NCBI GenBank assembly: GCA_049318805.1
Contig: JBMOFP010000003.1
Coordinates: 5,702-69,701 of the forward strand
Origin: Bradymonadia bacterium
GTDB lineage: Bacteria; Myxococcota_A; Bradymonadia; UBA7976; UBA1532
DNA length: 64,000 nt
Reading direction: 5' to 3'
Every line of letters begins with the position of its first letter. Positions within the stretch are counted from its first letter, which is position 1. This document shows, in pieces, positions 26,467 to 36,448 of this stretch. The position numbers and the translations under genes are program-made. Below the pieces are notes generated by a model. The model was not told the DNA's origin, ran no database searches, and saw only the letters and a list, made by a program, of their open reading frames with translations.

Positions 26467-27662
26467 GCCTCTCCGGACTCCTCGCCGCGACCATCGCCCT
26501 GGTCGGCGCCACCGTGCACCCGGGCAACGCCCCCCCCATCGAGAACGCGACGGTGGTCTTCGACGGCGCGCGCATCACCGCCGTCGGCGCCGGCCTCGCG
26601 CCGCCGCCCGGCGCGACCGTGGTGGACGTCAAGGGGCGCGTCGTGACCCCCGGGCTCTTCGAGTCCTGGACCCAGCTCGGCCTCGTGGAGATCGAGGCCA
26701 TCGACGAGACCCGAGACGACGACGCCGGCGGGGACCCGATCCGCGCGGCCCATCGCATCGTCGACGGGTACAACGCCGACAGCGAGGTCATCCCCGTGCA
26801 GCGCGCCCACGGTATCACGACCGCGGTCGTCGTGCCGCGGGGTGGGCTCATCGCGGGCCAGGCCGCGGTCTACGACCTGGACGCGACGGCCCCCGGGGCG
26901 GGTCTCGTCAACGCCGAGGTCGGCATGGTCCTCTCGCTGGGCGCCACGGGCGGACCCAGCCGGAGCGCGGTGCTCGCTTCGGTGCGCGAGCTTTTCGACG
27001 ACGCCCGTGCCTATGCGCTCAACCGCGCGGCGTGGGAGCGCAACCAGTACCGACCCCTGTCGGCGTCGTACCTGGACCTCGACGCCCTCCAGCCCGTGCT
27101 CAAGGGCGAGGTGCCTTTGCTCGTCTCGGTGGCGCGGCGCGCCGACATCCTCGCGGTGCTCGAGCTCGCCCGAACGCAGAAGGTCAAGGTCGTGCTCGTG
27201 GGCGCGACCGAGGCCTGGACGCTCGCCGACGTGCTCGCGAAGGCCGGTGTCCCGGTCATCCTCGACCCGGTCGAGAACGCGCCGGAGAACTTCGACCGTC
27301 TGCGGGCCCGCGCCGACGCGGCGGCAATCCTCGAGAAGGCGGGCGTGTCGGTCATCCTGTCGACCTTCAGCACCCACAACGCCCGCAAGCTGCGCCAGTG
27401 GGCGGGCAACGCCGTCCGCGAGGGCATGACCCACGACGGCGCCCTGGCGGCGATCACCTCGGTGCCCGCTCGGGTCTTCGGCCTGAAGGACCGCGGCACG
27501 CTGGCGGCCGGGCAGCGCGCCCACGTCGTCGTCTGGTCCGGCGACCCGTTCGAGCCTCTGACGCAGGTCGAGCAGGTCTACGTCGACGGCCGCGCCGTCA
27601 GCCTCTCGCACCGCCAGTCGCGCCTCGTCGAGCGTTACAGAATGCTCCCGCCCGCGCGGTGA
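26463..27662 (+). CDS. amidohydrolase-family paralogue lacking the HxH metal-binding motif (likely non-catalytic partner)
   Basis: ATGA overlap with the upstream gene. The fold is homologous (VVTPGL..., HVVVWSGDPFEP), but the N-terminal HxH position reads PGLFESWTQLG. Confidence 0.8.
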   Translation: MSLSGLLAATIALVGATVHPGNAPPIENATVVFDGARITAVGAGLAPPPGATVVDVKGRVVTPGLFESWTQLGLVEIEAIDETRDDDAGGDPIRAAHRIVDGYNADSEVIPVQRAHGITTAVVVPRGGLIAGQAAVYDLDATAPGAGLVNAEVGMVLSLGATGGPSRSAVLASVRELFDDARAYALNRAAWERNQYRPLSASYLDLDALQPVLKGEVPLLVSVARRADILAVLELARTQKVKVVLVGATEAWTLADVLAKAGVPVILDPVENAPENFDRLRARADAAAILEKAGVSVILSTFSTHNARKLRQWAGNAVREGMTHDGALAAITSVPARVFGLKDRGTLAAGQRAHVVVWSGDPFEPLTQVEQVYVDGRAVSLSHRQSRLVERYRMLPPAR

Positions 27663-27704
27663 CCGTGGTATAAGCTCGCCCGCCTAAATCGAGGAGAGGC
27701 TCGC

Positions 27705-28841
27705 ATGTCCGAACCGCAGTTTTCACCCGGTCTCGCCGGGGTCGTGGCCGGGAAGTCCGGCGTGGGTCTGGTCAACGGGACCGACGGCATCCTGCTGTAC
27801 CGCGGGTATCGCGTCGAAGACCTGGCCGAGCACTGCACGTTCGAAGAGGTCGCCCATCTCCTGCTGAAGGGCAAGCTGCCGAACCGCGAGGAGCTGTCGG
27901 CGTTCGACGCCGAGCTGAAGGCGCGTCGGGCGCTGCCGGCGGGCATCCTCGCGCTCTTGCGCACGCTCCCCACCAAGACCCACCCCATGGCGGCGTTGCA
28001 GTCGGCGGTCGCCGCGTTGAGCGGCTTCTACCCGGCGCCGGACGCCGCTGATCGTGCCGCGAGCTGGGAGGGCATCCTGCGCCTCACGGCGAGCATGCCG
28101 ACCATCGTGGCCGCGTTTCATCGGATTCGTCAGGGCAAGGACGTCGTCGACCCGGACCTTACGCAGGGCATGGCGGGCGACTTCCTGACGATGCTCAACG
28201 GCGAGAAGCCGACCGACAAGGCCGCGCGCCTCTTCGACGTGTGTCTCGTACTGCACGCGGAGCACGGCTTCAACGCGAGCACCTTCACCGGTCGCGTGGT
28301 CGGGTCGAGCCTCGCGGACATCTTCGCGTCGATGTCGGCGGCCGTGGGCTCGCTCTCGGGGCCCCTGCACGGCGGCGCCAACGAAGAGGTGCTCGTCCAG
28401 CTCAAAGAGATCCCCAACGCCGAGGCGGCGCCCGCGTGGTTCGACCACATGATCGAGACCAAGCAGAAGGTCATGGGCCTCGGCCACCGCGTGTACAAGG
28501 TGAAGGACCCGCGGGCCGGCATCCTGCAGCGGATGGCCTCCGACCTGTTCTCGACCGAGGGCTCCACGCCGCTCTATGACATCGCCCACGCCATCGAGCA
28601 GCGGGCGGCCGTCAAGGTCGGTCCCAAGGGTGTGTGGCCGAACGTCGACTTCTACTCCGGCCTCGTCTACCAGAAGCTCGGCCTCACTGTGGACCTCTTC
28701 ACGCCCATCTTCGCCATCGCCCGCATCGCCGGGTGGAGCGCGCACTGGATGGAGCAGATGGAAGACAACCGGATCTACCGTCCCGACTGCATCTACACCG
28801 GGCCGAACGACCTCACCGTTCCGGCCATCGACGCACGCTGA
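27705..28841 (+). CDS. citrate synthase family (378 aa, type found in Gram-positives/archaea; citrate or 2-methylcitrate synthase)
   Basis: Signature GHRVYKVKDPRA. Catalytic His/Asp regions (LHAEHGFNAST, GPLHGGANE). Confidence 0.9.
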   Translation: MSEPQFSPGLAGVVAGKSGVGLVNGTDGILLYRGYRVEDLAEHCTFEEVAHLLLKGKLPNREELSAFDAELKARRALPAGILALLRTLPTKTHPMAALQSAVAALSGFYPAPDAADRAASWEGILRLTASMPTIVAAFHRIRQGKDVVDPDLTQGMAGDFLTMLNGEKPTDKAARLFDVCLVLHAEHGFNASTFTGRVVGSSLADIFASMSAAVGSLSGPLHGGANEEVLVQLKEIPNAEAAPAWFDHMIETKQKVMGLGHRVYKVKDPRAGILQRMASDLFSTEGSTPLYDIAHAIEQRAAVKVGPKGVWPNVDFYSGLVYQKLGLTVDLFTPIFAIARIAGWSAHWMEQMEDNRIYRPDCIYTGPNDLTVPAIDAR

Positions 28842-28856
28842 CGCGCGCGGTCCGGC

Positions 28857-29591
28857 GTGGACAGGTTCGAATTCTACGCGCGCCTGCCGCGCAACGAGCC
28901 CGGCGGTGTTGCGTTCACCAACGCCTACCTCACGGCCGTCCCCATCAAAGCGAACGACCGGGTGTGCGACCTGGAGTGCGCCAGCGGTGATCGTGCGGTC
29001 TGGATCGCGCGGTCGCGCGGCTGCCGCGTCGTCGCGGTCGACGGCGACGCGCGTTACCTGCCGAACGTGCGACGCCGCGCGGTCGAAGGGGGCGCCAGCC
29101 AGTTGGTGCTCCCGGTGTGCGCCGATCCGCGCAATCCGCCCCTCGTGGACGGTGCGTTTCGTGTGGTGCTCGCCGAAGGCGCGGCGCTCGGGCTCGGGCT
29201 CAAGGCCGCGCTGACTCTCTGGCGCCGGATCATCATGCCCGAGGGCCACCTGTGCGTGACCTACCCCGGGGTCGTGAACAAGGACGCGCCCAACGAGGTG
29301 CGCGCCCCCCTCGAGCGCCGCATGGCCGACCCATTGGGCACCCTCGCCGACTATCACGGCTTGGTGCGCTCCACGGGCTTCGAGCTGGTGCACCAGGTCC
29401 CGCTGCACGCGGACTTGTGGGAACAGTTTTACGCCGAGTCCCAGCGCCACGCCTGGGCGCTCGTGGCCTCGGGGGCCGCGCGCGAGGATGATCCCACCAT
29501 CAAGACCGTTCTCGCGGAAGCTCAATGGTTTCGCACGGTTGGGCGCTCCAGGGTGTTCCTCCAAGCGATGGTCTTGCGCCGCGTCCGCTGA
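28857..29591 (+). CDS. class I SAM-dependent methyltransferase-like protein
   Basis: GTG start. Motif I-like VCDLECASGDRAVWIA. Acidic loop VVAVDGD. Confidence 0.65.
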   Translation: MDRFEFYARLPRNEPGGVAFTNAYLTAVPIKANDRVCDLECASGDRAVWIARSRGCRVVAVDGDARYLPNVRRRAVEGGASQLVLPVCADPRNPPLVDGAFRVVLAEGAALGLGLKAALTLWRRIIMPEGHLCVTYPGVVNKDAPNEVRAPLERRMADPLGTLADYHGLVRSTGFELVHQVPLHADLWEQFYAESQRHAWALVASGAAREDDPTIKTVLAEAQWFRTVGRSRVFLQAMVLRRVR

Positions 29592-29618
29592 ACGCTGTAC
29601 GCGGACGGCAAAATCGCG

Positions 29619-32306
29619 GTGGCGAAGAAGGCGAGGACGCTGATGGGGAAGTGTCGAAACGGGGGCGTGTTTTTCGCGCTGGCGAGCCTGCTCGCGGCGT
29701 GCGGCGGGGACGATAAGAGCGAGGGCGGCCAGCCGCCCGTGGAGCAGGACGCCGAGGTCCGCCAGCTCGAGGACGTCGGCACCCCGCCCGACGGCACGAC
29801 CAATGCCGACTCGGGCGACGACGAGGACGCCGGCGGGGGCACCGACGGTGGGCCGGTCGACGATCTCGGGCTCGTGCGCACCGTCGAGGACTGCGAGTCC
29901 GCCTGCCAGGTCTACGCGGACTGCGGCCGGCTCGACGTGTGGAACGGCACGCTCGACGCCTGCCGGGCCGCGTGTGACGCGGGCGCCGGCCCCCGACTGC
30001 CGGACTTCTTCTCCTGCGTGGCCGTGAGCACCTGCGACGCGCTCGACCAGTGCCAGCCGCCGCCGCCGCCACCGGCGACCTGCGCGGACGTCTGCGACGC
30101 GCTCTTCGCCTGCGAGGGCGACACCACGGGTCTTCCGTTCTCCGACTCGGCGGCGTGCCAGGCCGAGGTGTGCGCCGCCGACGCCGAACGCGCCACCGAC
30201 CTGCTGCGGTGCGGCGAAGCGCACGTTCTCGAGGACGCTTGCGAGGTCGACGATTTCGCGTTCTGCCTCGGGGAGGCGTTCTACGACGACTGTTTCCTGG
30301 CCTGTGCCGCCGACGCGGCCTGCGCGGGGGACGCCTCCGTGGCCTCGACCTGGGCCTGTGCCGTGGCGTGCGACGAGGCGACCCGCAGCGGGGACCCCCT
30401 GCAACGGCGCCGAGACGAGCAGCGCCGTGACTGCGTCGTGGCCGCGAGCGGCAACTGCGATGCCATCGGCCGCTGCGGCGCGCCCGCGGTCCGCCCGATC
30501 GTCGGCGACGCGACCGTCGAGGCGCTGTGCGCCGCGAACGCGGACTGCCCGGTCTTCGCCGTCGAGACGTGCGCCGAGACCGCTGCCGCCGTCCTCCCGG
30601 ACCTGGCCGACGGCGCCATCGATTGCCTCCTCGAGCACATGACCGCCGCCTGTGAGGACGGCGCCCTCTACCGCTGCTTCGCGCCCGCCCCCGCCGCGGA
30701 CGGTGGGTGCGAGGAGCACTGCCTCGTGCAGCAGCTCTGCGGGACTCTGCCCGATGGTCAGAGCGAGGGCGCGTGTGTGGACGCGTGCGCGGCGACGCTC
30801 GCGGCCGGTGGTGCGGCCGCGGCGGAGCTCGACGCCTCGTTCCGGTGTGACGCCGAGGCGACCTGCGCCGGGGTCGAGGCCTGTCAGGCTGCGGGTGGTC
30901 CCGTGGACCTTTGCCGGAGCGCGTGCGGTCGACAGGTCGAGTGCGGTGCGTCCGCCGACCTGCAGGGCTGCGAGACCGCGTGTGTCGAGGGCTTCGGCAC
31001 CGTGCGTCGCGCCGCCGAGCGTCTCTGCGCGCAGAACGCCGAGTGCGATCAGGTCGACCTTTGCCTCCCGCCGGCGCCCCCGCCGTGCGCGGCGCTCTGC
31101 GACCTGCTCGACGACTGCAACCTCGAGGGCGACGTGTCGTGCGTCACGGCGTGCGACGACGCGGACTACGTCGCGCCCGAGGCCTTCGACCCGCGCCTGG
31201 CATGTCACGCGTCCACGGCGCGATGCCGTGAGCGCATCGAGTGTGAGGCCGGCGACCTCTCTGGCGGCTACGCGTGCATCGGCTACTGCCGGGCGCGCCT
31301 CGAGTGCAACGGCGACACCTCCGTCGAGGCGCAGCGCGACTGCCTCCAGGCGTGCGGGGCCGGGCCCGGCGGGGCGGACGGACTCGTCTTCGATGCTGCG
31401 GCCGAGTGCCTCGCGGGCGCCGGTCTGGGCGCCGAGTGCGCCGTGCTCCAGGCGTGCCTGAACGACGCCGCCGGGGACGAGACCTGCGACCGGGTCTGCG
31501 GCGCGCAGGCGGACTGCGGCGTCGGCTTCGACGGCGACCCCAGCGCCTGTGTCCGGGCCTGCGAAGCCAGTCTCGACTCCGCCGACGGCGCCGCGGATGC
31601 CGCGTGCACCCTCTCCGCCGTTCGACGGGGCGAAGGGTGCCGTGCGGTCCTCACGTGCAACGACCTGCCCGTCGCCGAGCCGTCCGCGGCGTGCGCCACG
31701 GTGTGCGGCGCCCGCGCGGTCTGCGGAGAGGACCTCGACGCGTATCGGTGCGAGGTCGAGTGTGACGCCGATCCTACGGGGGACGCGGTCCGCGCCGCCT
31801 GCGCCGAGCGGGTCGAGTGCGCTGAACTCCAGCTCTGCGTGGACGCGGCCGGGGTCGTGCCGGACGCCTGCGCGGCCGGTTGCGGCGCCGTGGAGCCCTG
31901 CAACGCCTTCGGGGCGGACGGCGTCGCGGACGACGTGGCGGACTGCGGCGCCCAGTGTGGCGCGAGCGCGATCCTCGAGGGCGCGGAGACCGCCGACGCG
32001 TTGGGCGCCTGCCTGAGCGCCAGCGCCGAGGTCTGCACACGGGACGCCGCCGAGAGCTGTTTCGCGGTGTCCAACGCCGACCCCATCTGCGTCGAGAGCT
32101 ACGACGCGCTCGAGTCGTGCGGCATCGCGGACATCATCCAGGGCGATCGCGACCAGTACTATCTGGATTGCGCGGCGAACCTCGCCGCGGATGAGGCCGG
32201 GACCCGCATGTCCGCGCAGTGCATCATCGACACCGCGGCGATGGCCATGGGCGACATGTTCGCGTGCTTCGGGGTGATCGCGTGTTTCCCTGGCCTGGGG
32301 ATGTGA
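29619..32306 (+). CDS. extremely Cys-rich acidic secreted lipoprotein (about 100 Cys in 895 aa) with internal Cys-spacing repeats
   Basis: Lipoprotein signal GVFFALASLLAACGG. Recurring C-x-A-C...C-G and C-x(3)-C-x(5-7)-C patterns throughout. Asp/Glu/Ala-rich. No detectable enzyme motif. Confidence 0.65.
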   Translation: MAKKARTLMGKCRNGGVFFALASLLAACGGDDKSEGGQPPVEQDAEVRQLEDVGTPPDGTTNADSGDDEDAGGGTDGGPVDDLGLVRTVEDCESACQVYADCGRLDVWNGTLDACRAACDAGAGPRLPDFFSCVAVSTCDALDQCQPPPPPPATCADVCDALFACEGDTTGLPFSDSAACQAEVCAADAERATDLLRCGEAHVLEDACEVDDFAFCLGEAFYDDCFLACAADAACAGDASVASTWACAVACDEATRSGDPLQRRRDEQRRDCVVAASGNCDAIGRCGAPAVRPIVGDATVEALCAANADCPVFAVETCAETAAAVLPDLADGAIDCLLEHMTAACEDGALYRCFAPAPAADGGCEEHCLVQQLCGTLPDGQSEGACVDACAATLAAGGAAAAELDASFRCDAEATCAGVEACQAAGGPVDLCRSACGRQVECGASADLQGCETACVEGFGTVRRAAERLCAQNAECDQVDLCLPPAPPPCAALCDLLDDCNLEGDVSCVTACDDADYVAPEAFDPRLACHASTARCRERIECEAGDLSGGYACIGYCRARLECNGDTSVEAQRDCLQACGAGPGGADGLVFDAAAECLAGAGLGAECAVLQACLNDAAGDETCDRVCGAQADCGVGFDGDPSACVRACEASLDSADGAADAACTLSAVRRGEGCRAVLTCNDLPVAEPSAACATVCGARAVCGEDLDAYRCEVECDADPTGDAVRAACAERVECAELQLCVDAAGVVPDACAAGCGAVEPCNAFGADGVADDVADCGAQCGASAILEGAETADALGACLSASAEVCTRDAAESCFAVSNADPICVESYDALESCGIADIIQGDRDQYYLDCAANLAADEAGTRMSAQCIIDTAAMAMGDMFACFGVIACFPGLGM

Positions 32307-32312
32307 CGCGCC

Positions 32313-33965
32313 TCAGCGGCCCTTCACGCTGCGCACGTACTCGAGCAACAGCCGCAGGGCGCACTGCTCGAGCGCTCGCAGCGCGGTGACCGCCTCGTCG
32401 TCCGTGCGGGCGGCGGTCTGCTCGTTGCGATAGCCGTCGTCCTGCTCCTCGAGGTCGGCGTCGGCGAGGGCCCGCTGGACGTCGACCTCCTCGCCGCGCA
32501 GCGCCGCCAACTGCTCCGCCGAGATGCGCTCTTCACGGCGCGCCTCGGCCAGCGCCGCCGCGCGCGCGCCGCGCTCGATGAAGACGGACTCGACGGCGTG
32601 CAGCATCTGCAAGAGCGCCTTCTGGTCGACGTCTGCGGCGATGCCGCCCGTCAGCCCGCGGACGCCGAGCAGGGCGTGTTCGTAGCGGTCGTCCACCTGG
32701 TCGAGCGCCGCGCAGCGCTCGTCCGCCTCGCGGCTCGTGTCCCGGTGTCGCGCCCGGGCCCGCTCCATGGCGGTCGCGATGCGGCGTGAACGCCGATTGA
32801 GCTGCTCGCGATGCTCGATGCGGGCGCGGGCCGCGTTGTCGGCCACCTCACGCGCCTCGTCGGCCTCCCGGTGGGCCTTCTCGACGTGCGCGCGGGCCGC
32901 GGCGGCGTCCGCGCTCGCCGTGCGGATGGCCGACGGGGCGGCGCCGCGGGGCCAGTACGCCGTGACGTAGTGCTCGAGGAGCTCCGCATAGCGCACCCAG
33001 TCCGCCGTCTGGCCCGGGAGGGGCAGCTCGGGCAGAGGCGCGGCGCGGACCGACGGGGCCGGGTCGAAGCCGCCGGCCATTTGCTCCAGGCAGGCGTCGA
33101 TGGACGCGATGACCGCGGCGGCGTTGACCGGGCGGTCGTCTCGGACCTTCTCGAGGCACTGGTGCACGATCGCGCAGATGTCGGCCGAGAGCTCCGGCAA
33201 GAGCCGCTGCAAGGGCTCGACCTCGGCCTGGACGTGGCGCGCCACGATGTCGGCGGGGTCGTCGCCCTCGAAGGGCGGGCGCCCCGAGAGCATGTGGTAG
33301 AGCACGCCGCCAATCGCGTAGAGGTCGGTGCGCGGGTCCGGCGTCTCGCCTGTCGCCTGCTCCGGCGCCAGGTAGAGCGGCGTGCCCATGATGAACTGCC
33401 CGGTCGTCTCGTGGGCGCGCTCGGGGTCATCTCCAGGCAGCGCGAGGATGCCCAGGTCGATGAGTTTCACGTGGTCCGGGAATCGACCATCCGCGCACAG
33501 GAAGACGTTCTCAGGCTTCACGTCGCGGTGAATGGCGCCTCGGCGGTGCAGGACCTGCAGGGCCTCGCACATCTGCCGCGCGATGCGGAGCGCGCGCACG
33601 GGCTCGAGCTTCGGCTGACGCTCGAGCTCCTGCATCAGGTCGTGCCCGTGGAGGCGCTCCATGACGAGGAACGCACGCCCGTCCGAGAGCACCCCGCCCT
33701 CGTAGACCGACACGAGGTGTGGATGGCGCAGCCCACGCCCGACGTTCCACTCCGTCTGCATGCGCGCGACGATGAGCGCGGCCTCGGGCACGTCGGTTCG
33801 GCTGATCTTGACCGCGACGCGACGCGCGTCCTCGCGGCGGCGCGCGTCGAAGACCTCGGAGGTCGCCCCCTCGCCGATCTTGCCGAGCAACGTATAGCCC
33901 AGGCGGAGGAGCTCTCCCGCCACGTTGATGCGGGGCAGCGGCCCGGTGATGAGCGGACCTTCCAT
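32313..33965 (-). CDS. eukaryotic-like Ser/Thr protein kinase with C-terminal coiled-coil region
   Basis: ATG at 33965 (MEGPLITGPL...). Kinase motifs GEGATSEVF, VAVK, HRDVKPEN, DLG (DFG variant), GTPLYLAPE. The C-terminal roughly 200 aa are charged and helical. Confidence 0.85.
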   Translation of the reverse strand: MEGPLITGPLPRINVAGELLRLGYTLLGKIGEGATSEVFDARRREDARRVAVKISRTDVPEAALIVARMQTEWNVGRGLRHPHLVSVYEGGVLSDGRAFLVMERLHGHDLMQELERQPKLEPVRALRIARQMCEALQVLHRRGAIHRDVKPENVFLCADGRFPDHVKLIDLGILALPGDDPERAHETTGQFIMGTPLYLAPEQATGETPDPRTDLYAIGGVLYHMLSGRPPFEGDDPADIVARHVQAEVEPLQRLLPELSADICAIVHQCLEKVRDDRPVNAAAVIASIDACLEQMAGGFDPAPSVRAAPLPELPLPGQTADWVRYAELLEHYVTAYWPRGAAPSAIRTASADAAAARAHVEKAHREADEAREVADNAARARIEHREQLNRRSRRIATAMERARARHRDTSREADERCAALDQVDDRYEHALLGVRGLTGGIAADVDQKALLQMLHAVESVFIERGARAAALAEARREERISAEQLAALRGEEVDVQRALADADLEEQDDGYRNEQTAARTDDEAVTALRALEQCALRLLLEYVRSVKGR

Positions 33966-34092
33966 CGGGGGCGGTATAGCACACCCCGACGCCGGCTCCG
34001 ACGAGGAATCATGGTCCCCGTGCGTCGGCGGTTCGCGTACACTCCCGCGCGGCCCCGTGGAGCGGCGCCGACACGGCCCGCGAGGAGATTCG

Positions 34093-36411
34093 ATGCGCTC
34101 CAGGACGTTCCTGCTCCCTCTCTTGCTCGTGTTGCACGCGTGCGGCGGTGACGGGTCCGGCGGTGGCGGCGATCCGGCCGACACCGCGGTGACCGACGCC
34201 GCCCCTCCCGCCGACTCCGGCCCCGTGGGCGGCATGTCGTCCGACGTGGGGCCCGGCGCCGACGCGGCGCGCACCGCCTCGCTCGCCATCGAACCCGTCG
34301 AGGTGGACCTGGGCCGCGTCGGCCTCGGTCAGGAGGCCGAGACGACCGTACTGCTGCGGAACACGGGGGACGCTGACCTCACGGTGACGACCTTCGCGGG
34401 GCTGCAGACGCCGTTCGCGAGCAGCCGCATGCCGCCGCTGCCCATCGGCGCCGGGCAGACCCGCATGCTCGCAATCCAGTTCTCGCCCGAGGCAGCCGGG
34501 CCCGTGGAGCAGGTCGTGACCTTCGAGACCGAGCCCCCGCTCGAAGCGGCGGCCACGCTGACGCTCCGCGGTGAGGGCATCTCCGCCGAGGCCACCCTGG
34601 TGACCGAGGTCGTCGACTTCGGCGTGGTCGCGCCGGGCGAGCCGACGAGCCGCCCGTTGCAGCTCCGCAACGACTCCGTGGACACCGCACTGCAAATCAC
34701 CGGTCTCGAGGGGCTGATGGCGCCCTTCGAGGTGCCGAACGGGCAGGTCCCGCGCGAGGTGTCGGGCGGCCAGACCGGCCAGGTCATCGTGCAGTTCGCG
34801 CCCGCCGCCGCCGGGGACTTCGAGCAGAACGTCGTGTTGCGCACGACCGCCGGCGACTTCAACGTCACCCTACGGGGACGCGCGATCGTGCGCGGCGACC
34901 TCGTGGTCGAGGCGGTCTCTCCCGCGTGGGCGCCCACGGACCGTGAGACCGTGATCGAGGTCACGGGCGGTCCCTTCGAAGCCGTCCCGCGCGCCATTCT
35001 TGTGGGCGAGGTCGCGTTGGAGTCGCTCGAACGGGTCGACGCGGGCCGTGTTCGAGGCACTCGACCGGCCGGCGGCGCGGCCACACGCACCATCGAGGAC
35101 CTGGTCGACGTGCGGGTCGAGGTCGGCGCGTCCTTCGGCATCCTGACGGATGCGTTCACGTTGACGCCCCCCGTCGCGGAAGCCACGCCCATCGAGGCGG
35201 CGGCTCTCACGGCTGCAAACGAAGACCCTCGCCCGCTGGGCGTCGAGGGTAACCCGTGGCAACTCGCGCTGGGCGCCGTGCCCGAGGGTCAAGTGCTCAC
35301 CCTCGGCCCCGGGGCCGTCGTGGTGGTGCCCGAGGGTGGGGGCCTGCAGGTCGATGGTGTGCTCACGGCCGACGGCACCGCAGGCCAGATCGTGTGGGCG
35401 CCCGAGGCGACGAACGGGACCTGGGCGGGCCTGACCTTCGGGCCGGTCATGCCGACGAGCGCGCTGCGCAAGGTCGTGCTGGAGCGCGCCGGGACCGACG
35501 GCGCCGCGATCATTTCGAGCCAGGCCCTCGAGCTGACGGGCGTTCGTATCCTCGACGCTCAGGGGGGCGGTGTGCGGGTCGACGGCACGGGCACACTGGT
35601 GCTCATCAGCAGCCGCATCGAAGGCGCTCAGGGGCCCGCGGTGGAACTCGCTTCGGGCGAGGCGACCATTTTTCGCTTTCAGAACAACGACATCCGACGC
35701 GCTGGTCTCGCGTTCGTCGGTGCGCCTCACCAGTTCGGTCGGCCCCTGGGGGCCGGCAACGTCCTCCAGGAGAACGCCGAGAACGCGTTGGTCGTTCGCG
35801 GCCTCGCCGTGGGTGACGCCGACCTGGGCAACCAGCCCGTAGGCCTGCCTTATCTCCTGGGCATCGCGGATGCGGCGCTCTCCGTGCCGCGCGGCGCGAC
35901 GCTCGAGCTCGGCGCCGCCGTGGTCGGTGCGCTCGGCGGTGTGCTGGACCTCGAGTCGCAGACCACGCTGCCCGCGGGCCTGGCGCTCGACGCACGCGGC
36001 GGAGCGTCGGTGCGGATTCGCGGGCCGCTGACCGTGGGTGGGACCGCGGAGGCGCCCGTCACCCTGGGCGGCGAGGTCCAGTGGGACGGCGTCCAGCTCG
36101 AGGGCGGCGGCCGCCTCGAGGGCGGACACCTGCAGGTCCAGGGCGGGCCCGTCCGGCTCGGCGCGAACGTGCCCGCTTTCGAGGGGCTCAGCGTAACGGC
36201 CGGCGGGGACGCGCTCCTCATCGAAGCCGATGCCACACTCGAGAGCCTACGTGTGGAAGGCGGCGCGCTCGTCGTTCGAGGCGGCGTGGGCCGACTCGCG
36301 GGGGTGGCCACGGGCGAGGTTCGATTCGAAGCGCCCGGCGCGTGCGCGGACTGGGACCTCACGGAGTTGCTGGACGGCGCGGGCGCGCCGGTGAGCCCGA
36401 TCTGCCCGTGA
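34093..36411 (+). CDS. secreted lipoprotein with two HYDIN/ASPM-like (choice-of-anchor D) Ig-fold domains plus a right-handed beta-helix region
   Basis: Lipobox LLLVLHACGG. Two segments resembling a conserved ASPM-like repeat motif. Gly-rich parallel beta-helix-like repeats in the C-terminal half. Confidence 0.7.
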   Translation: MRSRTFLLPLLLVLHACGGDGSGGGGDPADTAVTDAAPPADSGPVGGMSSDVGPGADAARTASLAIEPVEVDLGRVGLGQEAETTVLLRNTGDADLTVTTFAGLQTPFASSRMPPLPIGAGQTRMLAIQFSPEAAGPVEQVVTFETEPPLEAAATLTLRGEGISAEATLVTEVVDFGVVAPGEPTSRPLQLRNDSVDTALQITGLEGLMAPFEVPNGQVPREVSGGQTGQVIVQFAPAAAGDFEQNVVLRTTAGDFNVTLRGRAIVRGDLVVEAVSPAWAPTDRETVIEVTGGPFEAVPRAILVGEVALESLERVDAGRVRGTRPAGGAATRTIEDLVDVRVEVGASFGILTDAFTLTPPVAEATPIEAAALTAANEDPRPLGVEGNPWQLALGAVPEGQVLTLGPGAVVVVPEGGGLQVDGVLTADGTAGQIVWAPEATNGTWAGLTFGPVMPTSALRKVVLERAGTDGAAIISSQALELTGVRILDAQGGGVRVDGTGTLVLISSRIEGAQGPAVELASGEATIFRFQNNDIRRAGLAFVGAPHQFGRPLGAGNVLQENAENALVVRGLAVGDADLGNQPVGLPYLLGIADAALSVPRGATLELGAAVVGALGGVLDLESQTTLPAGLALDARGGASVRIRGPLTVGGTAEAPVTLGGEVQWDGVQLEGGGRLEGGHLQVQGGPVRLGANVPAFEGLSVTAGGDALLIEADATLESLRVEGGALVVRGGVGRLAGVATGEVRFEAPGACADWDLTELLDGAGAPVSPICP

Positions 36412-36448
36412 TGAGCGCGGGGCCCGTGCCGACCGCGCCGAGGCGCCG

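Noticed and set aside
28858-28876. tRNA-like T-loop string ggttcgaattc
   Set aside because: It has no complementary T-stem (the following bases are tctac, not cctgt), no acceptor or anticodon arms, and it lies inside the methyltransferase CDS start.
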